A stretch of 63,091 nucleotides of DNA, filler included, from Octopus bimaculoides (taxonomy: Eukaryota), in assembly GCF_001194135.2 (NCBI RefSeq). It is 6 parts of 5 records of this genome, joined end to end, with 100 filler letters (N's around TTAATTAATTAA, not from the genome) between each part and the next. Parts side by side here need not be neighbours in the genome. Positions count along the whole stretch, not along the records: positions 1 to 23,272 come from NC_068983.1; positions 23,373 to 29,943 come from NC_068984.1; 4 more parts are not named here. One strand, 5' to 3'. The notes under the pieces were generated by a model. It was not told the DNA's origin. It did no database searches and was given only the letters and a program-made list of their open reading frames with translations. Shown in pieces: positions 13,503 through 27,510 of this stretch. The number at the start of each line of letters is the position of its first letter. Within the stretch, counting starts at the first letter, position 1. The position numbers were made by a program, and so were the translations under genes.

Positions 13503-15323
13503 TTGTATGTATGTTCTCTTCATGATTAAATTTATGGTGTTCACTCTGAACCGCTGCCTTTTTAGTGACAAGGTTCTAAAGTGAATACGGGGGGGAAAAA
13601 AGGCTTTTCTTGTTCTTTTCGTTATCTTACGTAAATATTCACTCATTACATTTTAAGGCTTTCCATATTAGCTGCTTGTTTCCACAACAGAGAATATTTT
13701 CATTTTGTGGTCCCGAACAGATTCTTTTAATTTGGTTGCTGTTTGTATTTTTAGATTCTAGCAAAATTCTTTTGATCCGTCGGCTTCAATATGTTCCTCT
13801 CTATCGGTTGTTGTTAGCTTTTTATTCCTTTTTGTATTTTCATTACAAATTGCTCTGACTGCTACATCATATCTAATAAAATATTAGTATCCCAAAGACA
13901 ATCTCTCGCAGTCGCAATGATATGGCTCTGTTTTTAACTTTGTTTTTAATACACTGCGTTTGTTATCATTTGTCTTTTGAGTAAAGGTACTTAGTGGGAA
14001 TTTTTTTTGTTCCTGGGTAGCATAGCGATAAACATAAAGTGGAATGTTATGCGTATAAGGATACAATATCAGAGACACTTCGTAGTTTTATTTTGGTTTT
14101 CTTTCTTGTTTAGTTTCAAGTGCTCATATAGAACTTCTAAGTAAACTGGTTTATACATTATGTAGGTCTTTCTTATTCAATAGTTTGTTTTTCTAAAAGC
14201 AAAGTGGCTGTTCTGAAACCAAGAATCAAAGGTTCACTCGTACTAATTTTGGCGATCATAACTACATGTATTGAATTACATACTGAACAATAGAAAGTCT
14301 CTCATATTTTTCAATATTCTATATACAGATTGAATTTGCAAGACAGATATCAAGGCCCGCAGTTTGTTTATTTGAGAACTCCGACTTAATCTGTAAGGAT
14401 TTATGTTCTTGTTCTTTTAATCCTTTGAACTCTACTGTTACTGTAGAGGATTGTTTCTAATTAAGAAAAAAGCTCTATCATCGGCATTTTGACAACATGA
14501 AAGGAAAACTACTATTGCATATTTTTAAAGTTATGCTTACAAACTGAAATTGCAGATTATATGTAAGATGATATCTTTCTTTGCTTGAAAACTCAAACGT
14601 TTCAACATTCAATAACTAACTAAGTGCACCAATAATTGCAGATATAATTATATTTATATGATACGGACAGAGAAACTGTAGATGACGAAGCATTTCAGCA
14701 TAAATGTTTTCGTTCTCTCTGCTGTTGACTGAATCATTCACACCCGTTTGACAGCTAACTTCCCCAACGGCGCACAGTTTTTGCTTTCTGTTCCGAACAA
14801 TTATGTCAAGCCTGCAAGGTAGTTTTGCAGAACCGAAATACGAACACAAGATCGTGGAAGCAACACCCTAACCAGTGGATCACGCGCCTATTGATGTGTA
14901 TGTTCGTGTACGAGCGCGTGTTTGTATGTGCGCACGCGAGGGTGTGGATGTTTGTATTTATGTATGTATATATATATATATATATTAAGAGGCTGAAAAG
15001 TTATGCAAATGACTGTTGACTGAAGGGTTGAGAGTTTCGTGTCTGTTTGCCTGTGTGTCTGTTTGTATTTTGAGAATGTCAAAACAAATTACCGATGAAA
15101 CCAATAAAGGACATATATGTTTGTATTTATATTTACGATGCATAAAGCCCCACAGGACATTGGCAGTAATAGAAGTAACAAGTTATCATTCACCGAATTA
15201 CAGCCACAAACGAAATTGATCTCATCATTATTAACCAAAGAAACACGCCGATTTTACAGAACTATTTATGGCAAAGTTCTCTGCATAATTAACATTATAT
15301 CTAACTATATTCCACTCACATAA

Positions 15324-15484
15324 GGCGGCGAGCTGGCAGAAACGTTAGTACGGCGGGCGAAATGCTTAGCGGTATTTCATCTGTGTTCACGTTCTGAGTT
15401 CAAATTCAGCTGAGGTCGACTTTGCTGTTCATCCTTTCGGGGTCGATAAATTAAGTACCAGTTGCGTACTGGGGTCGATCTAAT
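15324..15484 (+). mobile_element. tRNA-derived SINE, family A (Deu/Nin-domain-like core)
   Basis: GGCGGCGAGCTGGCAGAA head, a B-box-like GAGTTCAAATTC, and core GAGGTCGACTTTGC..TTCATCCTTTCGGGGTCGATAAATTAAGTACC. Many copies in this window. Confidence 0.85.
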
Positions 15485-16204
15485 GTCACATTCAGTATAA
15501 ACTGGAAAATATTGTACTAAGCAAACAACAAACCCTTCTAACTCTGTACTTCTGACTCCCACCAGTTACTTTTCTATAAGACCGAAATACTGAACTGCGA
15601 CTCTGAGTTAGTCTCTTTCTAGAAGCACCAAATCTTCAAAACTCAAAGACATTACAAAATCTTCACTATACCTTTCTATCCGTCCACACCCTACAAACAC
15701 ATACTTTCCTTCTAACCTCTTTTATTCTCCACTTCTTATACAGCTACTTCTATTTACCTACGCCACACCTAATTATCATCACACTGCTTCATTTGAGAAA
15801 AAGAGAATAATGATGATTATGATAATGATAATCTGCCAACGACTATATGAAGTCAAAACGTATCCAAAGTCTCATGGAGGTGAGCCTGACGAAACGAAGT
15901 CCCTGTTAGCTTTTTCCTTGTAAATGTTCATTAATATGAAATTTTCATAGTCTATATAGGAAGCATCTACACATTTTACAAAATGCTAGAAATAGTGTCC
16001 AAATCCCCTACAAATTTCCCCCAAACATCATCCTACAGTAAAAAAAAAAAGCATACTTTTGATATGTTTCGACTGAAAGACAAATTGATTCTCATTACTT
16101 TGATCAAGGTTCAACATAGCCTAAACAACGACTCGCATTTTGTTATCTTTAATTTTCAAGAGGTTTGCATTTCCATATATGTTGTGTATGCGTGTGTGTA
16201 TGTA

Positions 16205-16242
<38 letters not shown>

Positions 16243-16459
16243 CGTGTGTGTGTGTGAACGTGTGTTATGTTTATAAATGTGGGTGTATAGGTGTGCATTC
16301 CTTAGTACCTATTTGTGTGAGCATTTTACATACGTATCACTGCCTTTGGCGTGTGTGCTTGTCACATTTTCTTTCTGTGTGTAAAGCATGTTTAAGTCTC
16401 CGACATTGACAGTTCTGACCCAGTTATATATTTTTTCTATTCTGCTTTTCACTGTACAG

Positions 16460-16582
16460 CACTCATTAACCACAATTTTTACGTATCTTGACCGTTAAAA
16501 CACAATGGCTTTGTGAAAGAACAATGTGGTTACATCTATAACAACATTGGATAAGTGTATTATGGCCAATGTGCGACTTCCG
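16460..16582 (+). other. exon-like segment (possible 5'UTR/start exon or lncRNA exon)
   Basis: Strong acceptor (ttttttctattctgcttttcactgtacag) and a consensus donor (CG|GTAAGT). Stops occur in all three entry frames; an internal ATG gives MANVRLP up to the donor. Confidence 0.25.
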
Positions 16583-16840
16583 GTAAGTGAAGAAATTGAT
16601 GTTCATAAGTATGTTATGCGATGTTTTCTTTTCGTAAGAACAGGGTGGTCTGTTCTTATCTCTATACAAAAGAGCTTTATTATAGCGATTTCAGCGATGT
16701 GTGAGAAGAGTACATGTCAGTGTTCTGTGTATGTGCGTCTGTGTGTTACGATATGTTTGTGTTTTGTGTATATATGTGTGTATGTTATATGTGTGTGGAC
16801 GTGTGTGTCTGTATAATACACATTCATACACACACATATA

Positions 16841-16871
<31 letters not shown>

Positions 16872-17015
16872 NNNNNNNNNNNNNNNNNNNNNNNNNNNNN
16901 NNNNNNNNNNNNNNNNNNNNNNNNNNNNNNNNNNNNNNNNNNNNNNNNNNNNNNNNNNNNNNNNNNNNNNNNNNNNNNNNNNNNNNNNNNNNNNNNNNNN
17001 NNNNNNNNNNNNNNN

Positions 17016-17082
<67 letters not shown>

Positions 17083-17879
17083 ATGTGTAAAAAGAGAAAG
17101 AGAAGGCGGCGAATAAGTACATTTGTGCGTACATGTATAACATTTTGTTTCGCTGTATATATGCATTTCAGCCTCAAGTACTGACTCTTCTAACACTGTA
17201 TGTGAGTATATGTTAATACATGTGAGCGTAGAATTCCATGTGAAATAGTATAATATTGTTTTGGTTTACGGATATATAGGTATTTGGATTTCTGTTTCTC
17301 TGTAATGTGAGAGCGAGTGCATATGTGTGAGTGTGTGTGTGCTCACATTTGTACTACTATGTTTTGTGCGTGTCAGTGTGTGTGCTTGGGAGTAGATGTA
17401 ACCTCATTATTATTGCTGTGTTATCTTTCTATTTAAGACTTTCGCTATTCAAGGCGCCACCACAATATTTTCCAGCAGTATATAGCACGGCTTTGTAAAT
17501 AACAATTCGTTAAAAATATAACTATCTCTATCCTGCGGTGAGAAAAATTTGTTTATCGTATTTATCTGAATGCTGATGGAGTTATAACGTCAACGTTACC
17601 CCATATAGTATTTGGCATATATGTATACACATATTCATGAATGCATACATATATGCGTGCATATATTCATGAATACATATATAACTATATATCTAATGCA
17701 TCAATTCCTACGAAAGAGTTTTGTTTCTGCGTTATAAATTGACTCTGTCACTACTGGTAAAAAATTTTAGAAATATTTAAAGTATAGAAATCTCAGGTTA
17801 ACATAAGAAAACAGCTAAATATACTTCAATTAACTTACAAAATATCTGCCGGCTCACCACCACAGAAGCAGCAAAACTG

Positions 17880-18790
17880 GTCACACCGATACAAAGCCAC
17901 GCTCATAACAACACCAAATAACTAAAAAAAAAAACGTTCCAGGATGACATCAGTCCTCCGATACACGGACGGACATAAAAAGACACGACCGTCTGGTCAG
18001 AAGATAAAGCAACATCCGTCCCAGATACAAACCGGAAGTGACCCACCACCGACAAGCCGCAAAACCAAAACTAAACAATGACATAACAACAAACATTGGT
18101 GAAGATAGCAAATAAAATCAGTACATACATACATACATACATACATACATACAAACAAAATCCTGACAATAGCTGGGAACTTCCACATAAACAGTGATGT
18201 TGACAGACTCTACCTAAGAAGAAATGAAGGTGGTAGATACCATACCTGCCGTATGGTATCACTCAGGCAGCACCTGCTAAACAACAACCGCATAAATAAA
18301 TATATTAATGCAGTCCTGAAAAGTGAAGTGTGCAACATTGTACGAGTTGGCAGTGAACTCCTCATGAAATACTCTCTTCCTGATGATCTCCTATACAACC
18401 GCATAACAGCGGGGCTCTCTTACCTCAGAGAAGACCTGGATGGAACGCACTCAGCATACAAAGAAAAAGACCATGTATGGGTATTTTGCCCTGAAGCTTG
18501 AAGAAGACAGTAGAATTGACATCATATTGCACTTTGAAGGTTATGCGTTTGCAATCCAGATTACCACAAAGTACCCGATGAACAAGAGAGACAGTGACGC
18601 ACTTGTAATCATGTGTAGGCTATGTCATGTTTCTGTGGAAGACATTACGCATGTGATTAGCAGCTGTCCTAAAATGTCGTCACGGTACTACCTCTCTATG
18701 CGGCACGATGTTGTTACTAAAACAATTTACAATGCCATCCGCAAAAAAGACTGTCTTGAAATAAACTTAGAAAATCCCTTTGTTATCTTT
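17880..18790 (+). mobile_element. R4/Dong-clade (REL endonuclease) LINE remnant
   Basis: 'LYLRRNEGGR' and the CCHC motif 'CRLCHVSVEDITHVISSCPKMSSRYYLSMRHDVV'. Same family as 53814-54560. Confidence 0.85.
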
Positions 18791-18849
18791 CTATTTTCAA
18801 CTTATCTAAGAATGGTATTTAGCCAAAAATATATGTTTGTATTTGATGG

Positions 18850-20530
18850 ATGAACACAAAAGTCCTGATATCCCAGTCCCAAAACACTACAACAATGGTA
18901 ATTCTATCTCTGATAGCCACATTTCGAGTACTACAAATACCTAAATATTGACCAAGGTGATGTGAACAAGGACAAAGTCACAAAAGAATATTATACCAGA
19001 TTTTTATAAAGTAAAGCAACGGCAATTTTCCTCGACTACAGACCAATAAACCACAATGCATTTGATTTGCGATATCATGTACTAATACTAATTCATAATT
19101 CTATGTACAGTGTTATGAACTTCTAGAAAATAGAAATAACTCCAAGACAATGACTTTTGTCATTGTTATAACATGGTAGACAAATATTGCATCCTTGTTG
19201 GTTATATAAACAGAAAAAGGAAAGAAATTCGTCCACTAAATTATTTTACAAAATAAATTTTGTCAACAAGCAATATATACAGAACGCAGAAGTGCTGGTG
19301 ATGGCAATTTTGTTCTGCAGACAAACAAATACGATATGTTTCTGCCGACAAAAATTAGAAAATGAAATAGAAACAAAGTTCGAAGAGACTAAGTTGAATA
19401 CAAATTGATTACTCTCAAAGAGGAATTAAAATATGTGAGTGGGAAATTCTTTAATCAGAATAAACTAACTAAAAGGCAAATAATAAACAAGAAATTCAGT
19501 CAAAATTAATAAGGTGCCTAAAGGAGATAAGGGGATGGTTAAAAGTCAGAAAAATACGGATTCATTATGGATGTAAATATGGATTACGGCAAAGGAGTTT
19601 AACTAGGATGTAATGTGATTAGAAGAAATCCGACAGAAGTCTTGAGCCTACATTGCACAGACAGAATACATTGTATCAACAGTGATATCTTCGAGACTAA
19701 GAAAGAAAGCAATTCAACATAGGAAAGCACGAGGGAGACTCTAACTTATTGTCGGCTGCTAATACAAAAACCTCTGAAGGAAGTGTAAATATATCAATGT
19801 GGTTGACATTTACAAAAACGAATCTAATGTCGTTTCAAATTTTGGCACATGGCCAGCAAATTTGGGGGAGTAAGTAAGTCGATAACATCGACCCTAGTGC
19901 TCAACTAGTAATTATTTTATCGACCCTGAAAGGGATGAAAGGTAAAGTCGACCTCGGCGGAATTTGAACGTAAAGACGGACGAAATGCCACTAAGCATTT
20001 TGCTGGCGTTGCTAACGACTCTGCCAGCTCGCCGCCTAAGAAACAACAAATTTAATATTAAAAGCAAGACCACTCAAAGGAAACTGAAGATGTGCTGAGC
20101 AACTTGTAATCAACAAATATGTGATGACAGAGGTGCGGTAGCATAGAATCTTTATAGTTTGACTGGATTACAAGAAAGCATTGTGGATGCAAGATGTCCT
20201 TCCACTTGCTTAGCTTTCAGAAACTACAATCTAGGCAATAGACAACTGTCAAACTTCCAATAATTCAGCATATAACCAAAACTTGATACACCGCGTTACT
20301 TCCTAAAGGTGAGAATACACCAGTAATTTTTAACTTAATACGTTATCAAAATCGCTTCGTGAATCATGCAGGGCTTTAAGTTGTTACTACTGCTATTTTT
20401 CCTTTCATTAAACCCGTTGTTGCACCTATATACAAAAGTTGATGTTAATACAAATACATATTCGGAATCCACAAATATCTGCTACCTCTTCTTTGTTGAC
20501 GACCTGGAACTACATGAGCCAACTATCAAC
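18850..20530 (+). mobile_element. scrambled R4/Dong LINE fragments (interrupted by a SINE)
   Basis: 'YKYLNID..NKDKVTKEYYTR' (~18930), 'GCAEQLVINK...LDYKKA' (~20090-20180) and 'LFFVDDLEL' (~20490). Confidence 0.6.
19830..20039 (-). mobile_element. SINE family A
   Basis: Reverse-complement copy ending CTGCCAGCTCGCCGCC. Confidence 0.85.
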
Positions 20531-22808
20531 TGATTAAATTGATCTTTAAATTTATTTTCGGTTAACTCAAAGTAATCTTTCGATAGTGGTTTATCAGCTG
20601 TAAATATTTTTACACAATAAACTATTGATTTCGAAAGACAAATTATTTAATGGACTATTTACGGGATTAAGACAGTTACATGAGTGTTGAGTATTAGCTG
20701 TAGAAAGTTATTTAAGATGTTTACTATTGTTGCATACAATTTCTGTTCCAAAGTCGTGTGTGCAGCTGAAGTTAAATTTAACATTATTTCTATTAAAAAG
20801 GCTATCATGTTTACTCTTCTACGGAAAGTATTCATCTAGTAAGTAAAAGTGATACGTAGCGATACGTAAACCTACATTGCGGCTGAGTAAAGCATTGAAA
20901 TAATTGATTTTACATTTCTCTTTATTTTTACGTCTTAGAAACTTCATATAGTCAGTACAACGTGTCTAAAATATGCTATTATCTATTTTGCGTCATTGTA
21001 TAATGCGGTTAATCTATTGAACAAATATTTATCGTATAAGTGTATACTTACATCTTTTTTACTAAACTGTTATGAAAAGCTGACGATTTAAAGATGTAGG
21101 TATTGTAACTTTTCACATGAATTCTTAGATGGTAAGATTTAACGTTGTATTCAAAACAAAATAACTGTATATAAATTTTGTCTCAACCATGTTTAAGTCT
21201 TTAAATAATTCGAAGAGATCTTGTTTCAATATCTAATCGCTGAACATTCAAATTTTGTGAGGTGATTAGTCTATCTCGATCGATGCCACATTTTAAACTG
21301 AACCTATTTTTTAAAAACGTAAATGTGTAAACCAATGAATTCACAAATTTCTGCAGAATCCAGGCCACCCAGGGCTACATACCAAAAATATTAGTCATCG
21401 AAACAAATAATGATTTTCTTACGTACAAGATTATTTTGGTATATGAAGGTTACAACTTTATATTTTTATACACGGTAAACCACAAAACCCATTGTACAAG
21501 TACATTTAACTATACTATTTGATGTTGTCAGAATGATATTTCATGATGCTATTTTATTTTTGATACATGAAGATAACAATAACGCATATTTTACTCTCAT
21601 TATCAGAAGAAATATTTTAATTTTTTAGATGATGGATGATTACTGAACTCAAACCGTATGGTTTTCAGGTATATAACAGACGTATAACAGAAAATAATTT
21701 CATTTGTTCAGATGTGTTGGAATGGAATGAAAGTTGTAACATGCACAGGACGGTATTGTTACAACTCCTATCCCTTTAATTATTAATAACACTAATTGTT
21801 CTTTTCTTGGAACCATGTTGTTGGTTGCACTACGGCTGACCAAAAGTTACAAACAACAAGACCCTAAAATCATCAGTTACCAGGCCCACCTTAAGTAACC
21901 TAAGCTTTAGAAAAGAATTCAATACACATAGAGAGAATTTTGATTTTGGATAATGCAGATAATTTACAGTGTCGAGAAGAAAATAAAAAACATTTCTAAG
22001 ATATATGTAGTAGGTGTGCATGTATTTCAGTTGTTAAGAGGGTTGGAATATGAAGATACTAAAACATATAAAAAGAGAAGTGAAATTAACGGGGAAATGT
22101 AAAATGAGAAGGAGATAACTTGTATAAGTGAAGATGAGAAGAATTGAAAACGGTTTACAAATCGTTTAGAATTTTTTTAAATCAACTAATTTATTTCTGC
22201 ACATGAACTTATGTAGGAGTGATTTCATCATATAGTATGTTCAAAGGGAGGTAATTGGAAGGAAACTATATAACATAAGAACTGGGGAAATGTCTGATAT
22301 CGACAGAGAATGTAAATGGATAATGTTAAATGTTAAAAGTTGTTGAAATAAGGTTAATGGAAGTATACATATTTACTTGTGTCCATTAACATTTAAGCTA
22401 TGGAAGGGTTAGGAAAATAAAATCATTGTAAGTAGGTAAATCGGTGAGGTTAGAAATCATGTAAGATTTTCAGTAATTGTGTAATTAAGGTTAAATAAGC
22501 TGTGATATGGAGAAGTTGTTATTACTATCTCACACTGACAAATTCAGAACGATAAATGGAGATGTTGTTAAATACAAAATGCGACGTTTTGTTTTTTTGC
22601 TTTTTTGGGAGGGTGTATTTTTGTTTAGAAATCAATAAATGTTACACACACGAAATAATTATGGAATATAAGATACGCATGCTTATATATGGTTCAAGAA
22701 ACCAATAGGCGAGACTTAAATTCCTAGTCAACTTGAACTTTACAATGTGCGCAAATATAAAGTTTGAAAGTGCTTAATAAAAAAATATAATTAAATAGTA
22801 TGTACGTG

Positions 22809-22890
22809 AAAGTCAAACTCGCCGAAATTTGAACTCAAAGAGTAAAGACGAATGAAATAACGGTAAGCATTTTGCCCGGAACGCTAACGT
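22809..22890 (-). mobile_element. SINE family A, head portion
   Basis: Reverse-complement head (..TTCTGCCAGCTCGCCGC). Confidence 0.75.
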
Positions 22891-23372
22891 TTCTGCCAGC
22901 TCGCCGCTTTAGAATATAAACACTCATTTTAGAAATATATTCTTTATTCGTATTGCTTAGGCGTTACTTCTTACTTCCTCACTTGCTTACAATAAATTTC
23001 GTAACATTTTACCTCATAACTACTTTTCTACTAATTTTTATTCAATGCGGCTAACGATTCTGAATTCCTCATGCATTTTTCTATCATTTCAGCCTAAGAA
23101 AAGTATACATTTAATTTAAAATTAAAAACTTTATGTTAATTGAATATAAATATCTGCCTTGCTGCCAACTTGAGGTCTGAAATATTTTGATGTAACTTTT
23201 TTTTCTACTGAACCAAATCTCAAACTATCTATGCCAAAGTGTAGCTGAGGAAGTATATATATATATATATATNNNNNNNNNNNNNNNNNNNNNNNNNNNN
23301 NNNNNNNNNNNNNNNNTTAATTAATTAANNNNNNNNNNNNNNNNNNNNNNNNNNNNNNNNNNNNNNNNNNNN

Positions 23373-23860
23373 AAAGCAGCGAATGTATACAAACACAAGG
23401 ACGGAAAACAATGAACAATGTTACACAAATACAAAAAAATAATAAATAATAACAGGACATAACAACAGATGTCTTTCGACTAAGGACGAATTAAATTAAG
23501 CTGGCGTGTGTGGAAATGAAGCCTTACGGCAGGGATACAAGATTTCAAAGGCACAAGGAAGAATATCGATGTTGCAAGTACAACGGCCGGCCAAAAAAGA
23601 AAGATCAGACTTGGCCGAACACCGGTCACGTGGGGGAAGAGAAGAGAGAGAGGTAGAGGCAGAGGGAAAAAAGAATTAAGGAGGGGCGAGAAAAAATGAC
23701 AGGGACACAGTGAAGTGAAAAGTGGAGGGAAAGTGAGCAAGAAGAGAAGGCAAGGAAATGTGAGGAAATATATTATACAGAATGGTACAAGAACGCAAAA
23801 CATCCAGACATTTAGGTGATACAAGAAAGGGAAGTTCATCATTTCGAGCTCCTTGAAAGG
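23373..23860 (-). mobile_element. Penelope-like pLTR/3'UTR fragment
   Basis: Clearly homologous to 62385-62790 and 62160-62215, which abut a PLE RT fragment. Confidence 0.7.
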
Positions 23861-23861
23861 A

Positions 23862-24160
23862 AGTATCAGTTAAGTGGTCGTGTCGATGCTATCGACTAAT
23901 CCCATTCTCTCTAAATTGCTAGTCTCGTGCCTAAATTATTTACAGAAGAGGGCAGCGAACTGGCAGAATCGTTAGTGCGTCGGACAAAATGCTTAGAGAC
24001 ATTTCTTACATCTTTACGTTCTGAGTTTAAATTCCGCCGAGGTCGACTTTGCCTTCCATCCTTTCGGGGTCGATAAAATAAGTACCAGCTGAATACTGGG
24101 TCGATATAATCAGCTTACCCATTCACTCGAAATTGCTTGCCTTGTGTCAGAATTTGAAAT
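23862..24160 (+). mobile_element. SINE family A (tail of one copy followed by a full copy)
   Basis: Family A head and core motifs start at ~23948. Confidence 0.85.
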
Positions 24161-24164
24161 CAAT

Positions 24165-24530
24165 GAATGTGTGGTAAGAAGCTTGCTTGCCAACCACATG
24201 GTTTCGGGTTCAGTCTCACTGCGTGGCACGTTGGGCAAGTGATTTCTACTATCGTCTCGAGCCGAATGTATGTATGTATGTATGTATGTATGTATGTATG
24301 CGCATGTGTCTGTGTCTGTATTTGTCCCCCACCACTACTTGACAACAGTTGCCGGTGTGTTTACGTCTCTGTAACATAGCGGTTCGGTAAAAAAAAGAAT
24401 CGACAGAATAATTACCAGACTTAAAATAATAATAATAAAAAAACCCAGTTCTTCAATCGATTCATTCGACTAAACATTCGCCAAGGCGGTACCCCAGCAT
24501 GACCGCAGTCTAACGACTGGAACAAATAAT
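24165..24530 (+). mobile_element. tRNA-derived CORE-like SINE, family B
   Basis: GTGGTAAGAAGCTTGCTT..GGGTTCAGTC..TTGGGCAAGTG head/core, an internal (TATG)n, and tail CCCCAGCATGACCGCAGTC. Confidence 0.85.
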
Positions 24531-25224
24531 AGAGGAGGTAATAAAAAAAAAAGAAGAAAAGATGTGCTTGAAAAAATATATATAAACTGACGTGCAAACA
24601 CTCTGTGTCTATGAAGCTTAGAAAGAAAATACAGTTTAATGTGCGGTGGTGTTTGAAAAGCGATCAAATGTTAAAAAGATACAGAATGACGTCCTCTTTT
24701 CGACGGCTTGTGTTGTTTAGCTTAAACTGTCAATGTACGAAATACTACTATATCTATCTACTACAGCTATATCAGAATATCAATGCAAGCTAATATTAAC
24801 ATTTGATATCAACATTTCTTACACTGTTTGCCGTATAAAGTGGATAATGCACACAGAATATTGATATCTGCAGTTTTAGCGTCAATGCTGTTAAATAATC
24901 GATTCACTCTACAACTGCCCAACCGGGAAATCAATTACACACAACTACACTTGCATCCTGAGAATACTTAGATTGGTTTTATATCGTTGTTGTACCTAGA
25001 AATCAATCAATTGTACAAATAATATGATTTATCCCGAAGACATCAACTTGAAGCAATTTTCTTCGTTGAAACGACTATATAGGCTGATATATTACTATAC
25101 ACTTGTTAATACCTGTATTATTATTATTTTTTAAGGTTTAATTAGACATTTATTTTACAACTAACCAGAACAGAATTATAAAGCTTGATGTTCCACTTAA
25201 AATACCTTTATTTATTTATTTTAT

Positions 25225-25273
<49 letters not shown>

Positions 25274-25654
25274 TATAATGAAAAGGCATTTACGAAATTG
25301 TTGTTCGTGTCGTGTTGCTAACAAACAACAGCTATTGACATCTGCTCATATATTATGATTCGACCAGAATAGAACAATATCAGTAAGTTTGAGGATACAT
25401 ATTACATTTAGCCATTCTTTCATTCAGTATTTTGACCTCATTGCCACTCAATAGTATAATATCATATATTGTATGGGCACAAAACTGGGATAGAATTAGA
25501 TAATTTTAGTTTAATATTTTTAAAACGTTTCAGCTCTGTTTCATACTTTCAGCAAAAATAATTACAAATAAATATGAATGTAATTTTTTTTTAAAATGCT
25601 TCTAGCAGGAATTGAACCGCATATATTTCAAGTCATGGCAGCCGCTACGAAATC

Positions 25655-25810
25655 TATCTGTTAGAAATAGCAGCCAAATTTATCTTGTCTTAATGAAAAA
25701 AGGAAGAACACTGCCTGACAGGATAGTTATGGCTGGAAAGCCTCTGATCATACATTTGCTTGATCAGAGCCAACTTGTGGCTAAATAACACCACCACCAC
25801 CACCAACGAC
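25655..25810 (+). mobile_element. SINE-like repeat tail, family C
   Basis: AGAAATAGCAGCCAAAT...TGATCAGAGC..GGCTAAATAACACCACC. Related pieces lie at ~1278-1330, ~8170-8235 and ~11705-11750. Confidence 0.5.
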
Positions 25811-27299
25811 ATTTCAATATTGAAACCGAACAGGTTTAATACATTACTACTGATATTATTTCTATTTGCAAGTGATTAAAATAAAAAAAACTAGGTTATG
25901 TCAGTTTGCAAAAGGGAAATGTAATTTTTAGTTTGAGTTGGCCTCAGTCTTACAGACTCGGCAAAGAAGCACTTATGTAGTGAGAATATTTTTCAGGCAA
26001 AATGAAATGTTGACACAAAGATTCTCTATAAAAATAGGTTTTATTTATCCTGTAGTCTGAATAAAATATATACAAATTATTTTTCCTTCTTTCCTCGTGA
26101 ATATTTCTCACATACAGTTCACACTGAACGAAGCAGGATGTCTCTAGTCTTTTTTTTTTATCCAATCATTTCAGAGACTAATTTACATGGTAAATTTCAA
26201 TCTTACAGCAAACACTATGAAATTTTTAAAATTCAAGTAGATCTGATGAAATTACAGGAATTGTTGGAACGTATGACATTTTTTTTATTACTTCAACAGT
26301 ATTTTTAATGACATCCGCTTTTCATTTTGAGACCACTCCCGAGCTTATATAGTGTTATTCGGATTTGAGACAAATCTTTAGAAAATCTATCGCTGATAAC
26401 TTTCTCCCCGGGAGGAATTGAATTAGACGTTACAAGTCTACTACTTATACTCTCACAAATTTTACAATGTAACTGCTGCATGTATCAACGAGACTTTTCT
26501 ACCCTACTGCATTTATTTACGTTGTAGGTATACTATATGAGACTTGTAACATAATCGTAGGGCAGTGTCTAATGACAGAACATGTACCTTATCGATCAGC
26601 CATACTTGCTCTCTTTCTACATTAAAATCAATAAATATGGCGTGTTTAAGAAGACAACGCACGTAACATATTAGATTATAAATTATGTAATTTCACGTTT
26701 GCAGCATTTATTACTTCGGAGTAATGTGAGTGAAATGTAGCCGATATTTTTTCATGGAGTCTTGCTACTCATGAAGTCTAAAATTTTCCTACACCACATC
26801 ACAAATTTACTAAAATTTATTGGCAGACAATTTTAAAACGATTGATTTACTTATAAAGATGTGCTGAAAGTGTGAAGTAGGTTATTTGAAATGGTTATTG
26901 AAATAAACATTGCACTTTTAAGAGATGTATTAATGTAATAAAATAATTATGATAGTTCAATGAAATTATGAATGTGAGGTTATTTATGAACATCGAAATA
27001 ATATAGCGATGGTGTTTGCAGAGGGAAAGAGATATTAATTGAACCGACTCCAAAATTTTACTGTTACTTATTTAGTTGCCCTTCGGAGAGATGAAAGACA
27101 AACGCAGCTTCGATTAAAGTTGAACTCAGAATGTGGAAGGACGCAACTGAATACAGTAAGGAATTTCGTTCCGTTGTCTATTGCTCTTACAGAACAGAAA
27201 ATATTAGTTTCTTTCTAGTAAACACTAAACTTCATATTTTAAGAGGAGTTTAAACGAGATCTTTAGCCTTATCCAGGAACAGTCGAGACTTGATATTGG

Positions 27300-27510
27300 T
27301 CTCAAATTTTGGCACAAAGCCAACAATTTCGGTGAGGGATTAAGTTGATTAAATCGACCTCAGTGTTCAACTGGTACTTATTTTATCAACCCCCAAAATA
27401 TGAAAAGCAAAGTCGACCTCGCCAGAATTTGAACCCAGAACGTAAAGACGGACGAAATACCGCTAAGCATTTTTTGTCCGACGTGCTAAAGATCCTGTCA
27501 GCTCGCCGCT
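27300..27510 (-). mobile_element. SINE family A
   Basis: Full reverse-complement copy. Confidence 0.85.

Noticed and set aside
15880-15905. CTGACGAAACGAAG motif
   Set aside because: No stem II lies between the core halves, so this is a chance match.
16691-17196. Long ORFs in the track (also 36731-37163, 39220-39915, 47470-47873, 50427-51727, 54593-55068, 59430-59998)
   Set aside because: They are open only because of dinucleotide or tetranucleotide repeats or N gaps, and the translations are low-complexity.
21358-21900. Several AG/GT-bounded segments in non-repeat DNA
   Set aside because: Most frames are closed and no homology was recognised; a gene model cannot be supported.
23273-23372. 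TTAATTAATTAA palindrome between N runs (also 29988-29999, 37152-37163, 40575-40586, 55216-55227)
   Set aside because: Identical 12-mer with stops in all six frames, embedded in ~100-bp N blocks (44+12+44 here). It is an artificial scaffolding spacer, so adjacency across these gaps is uncertain.
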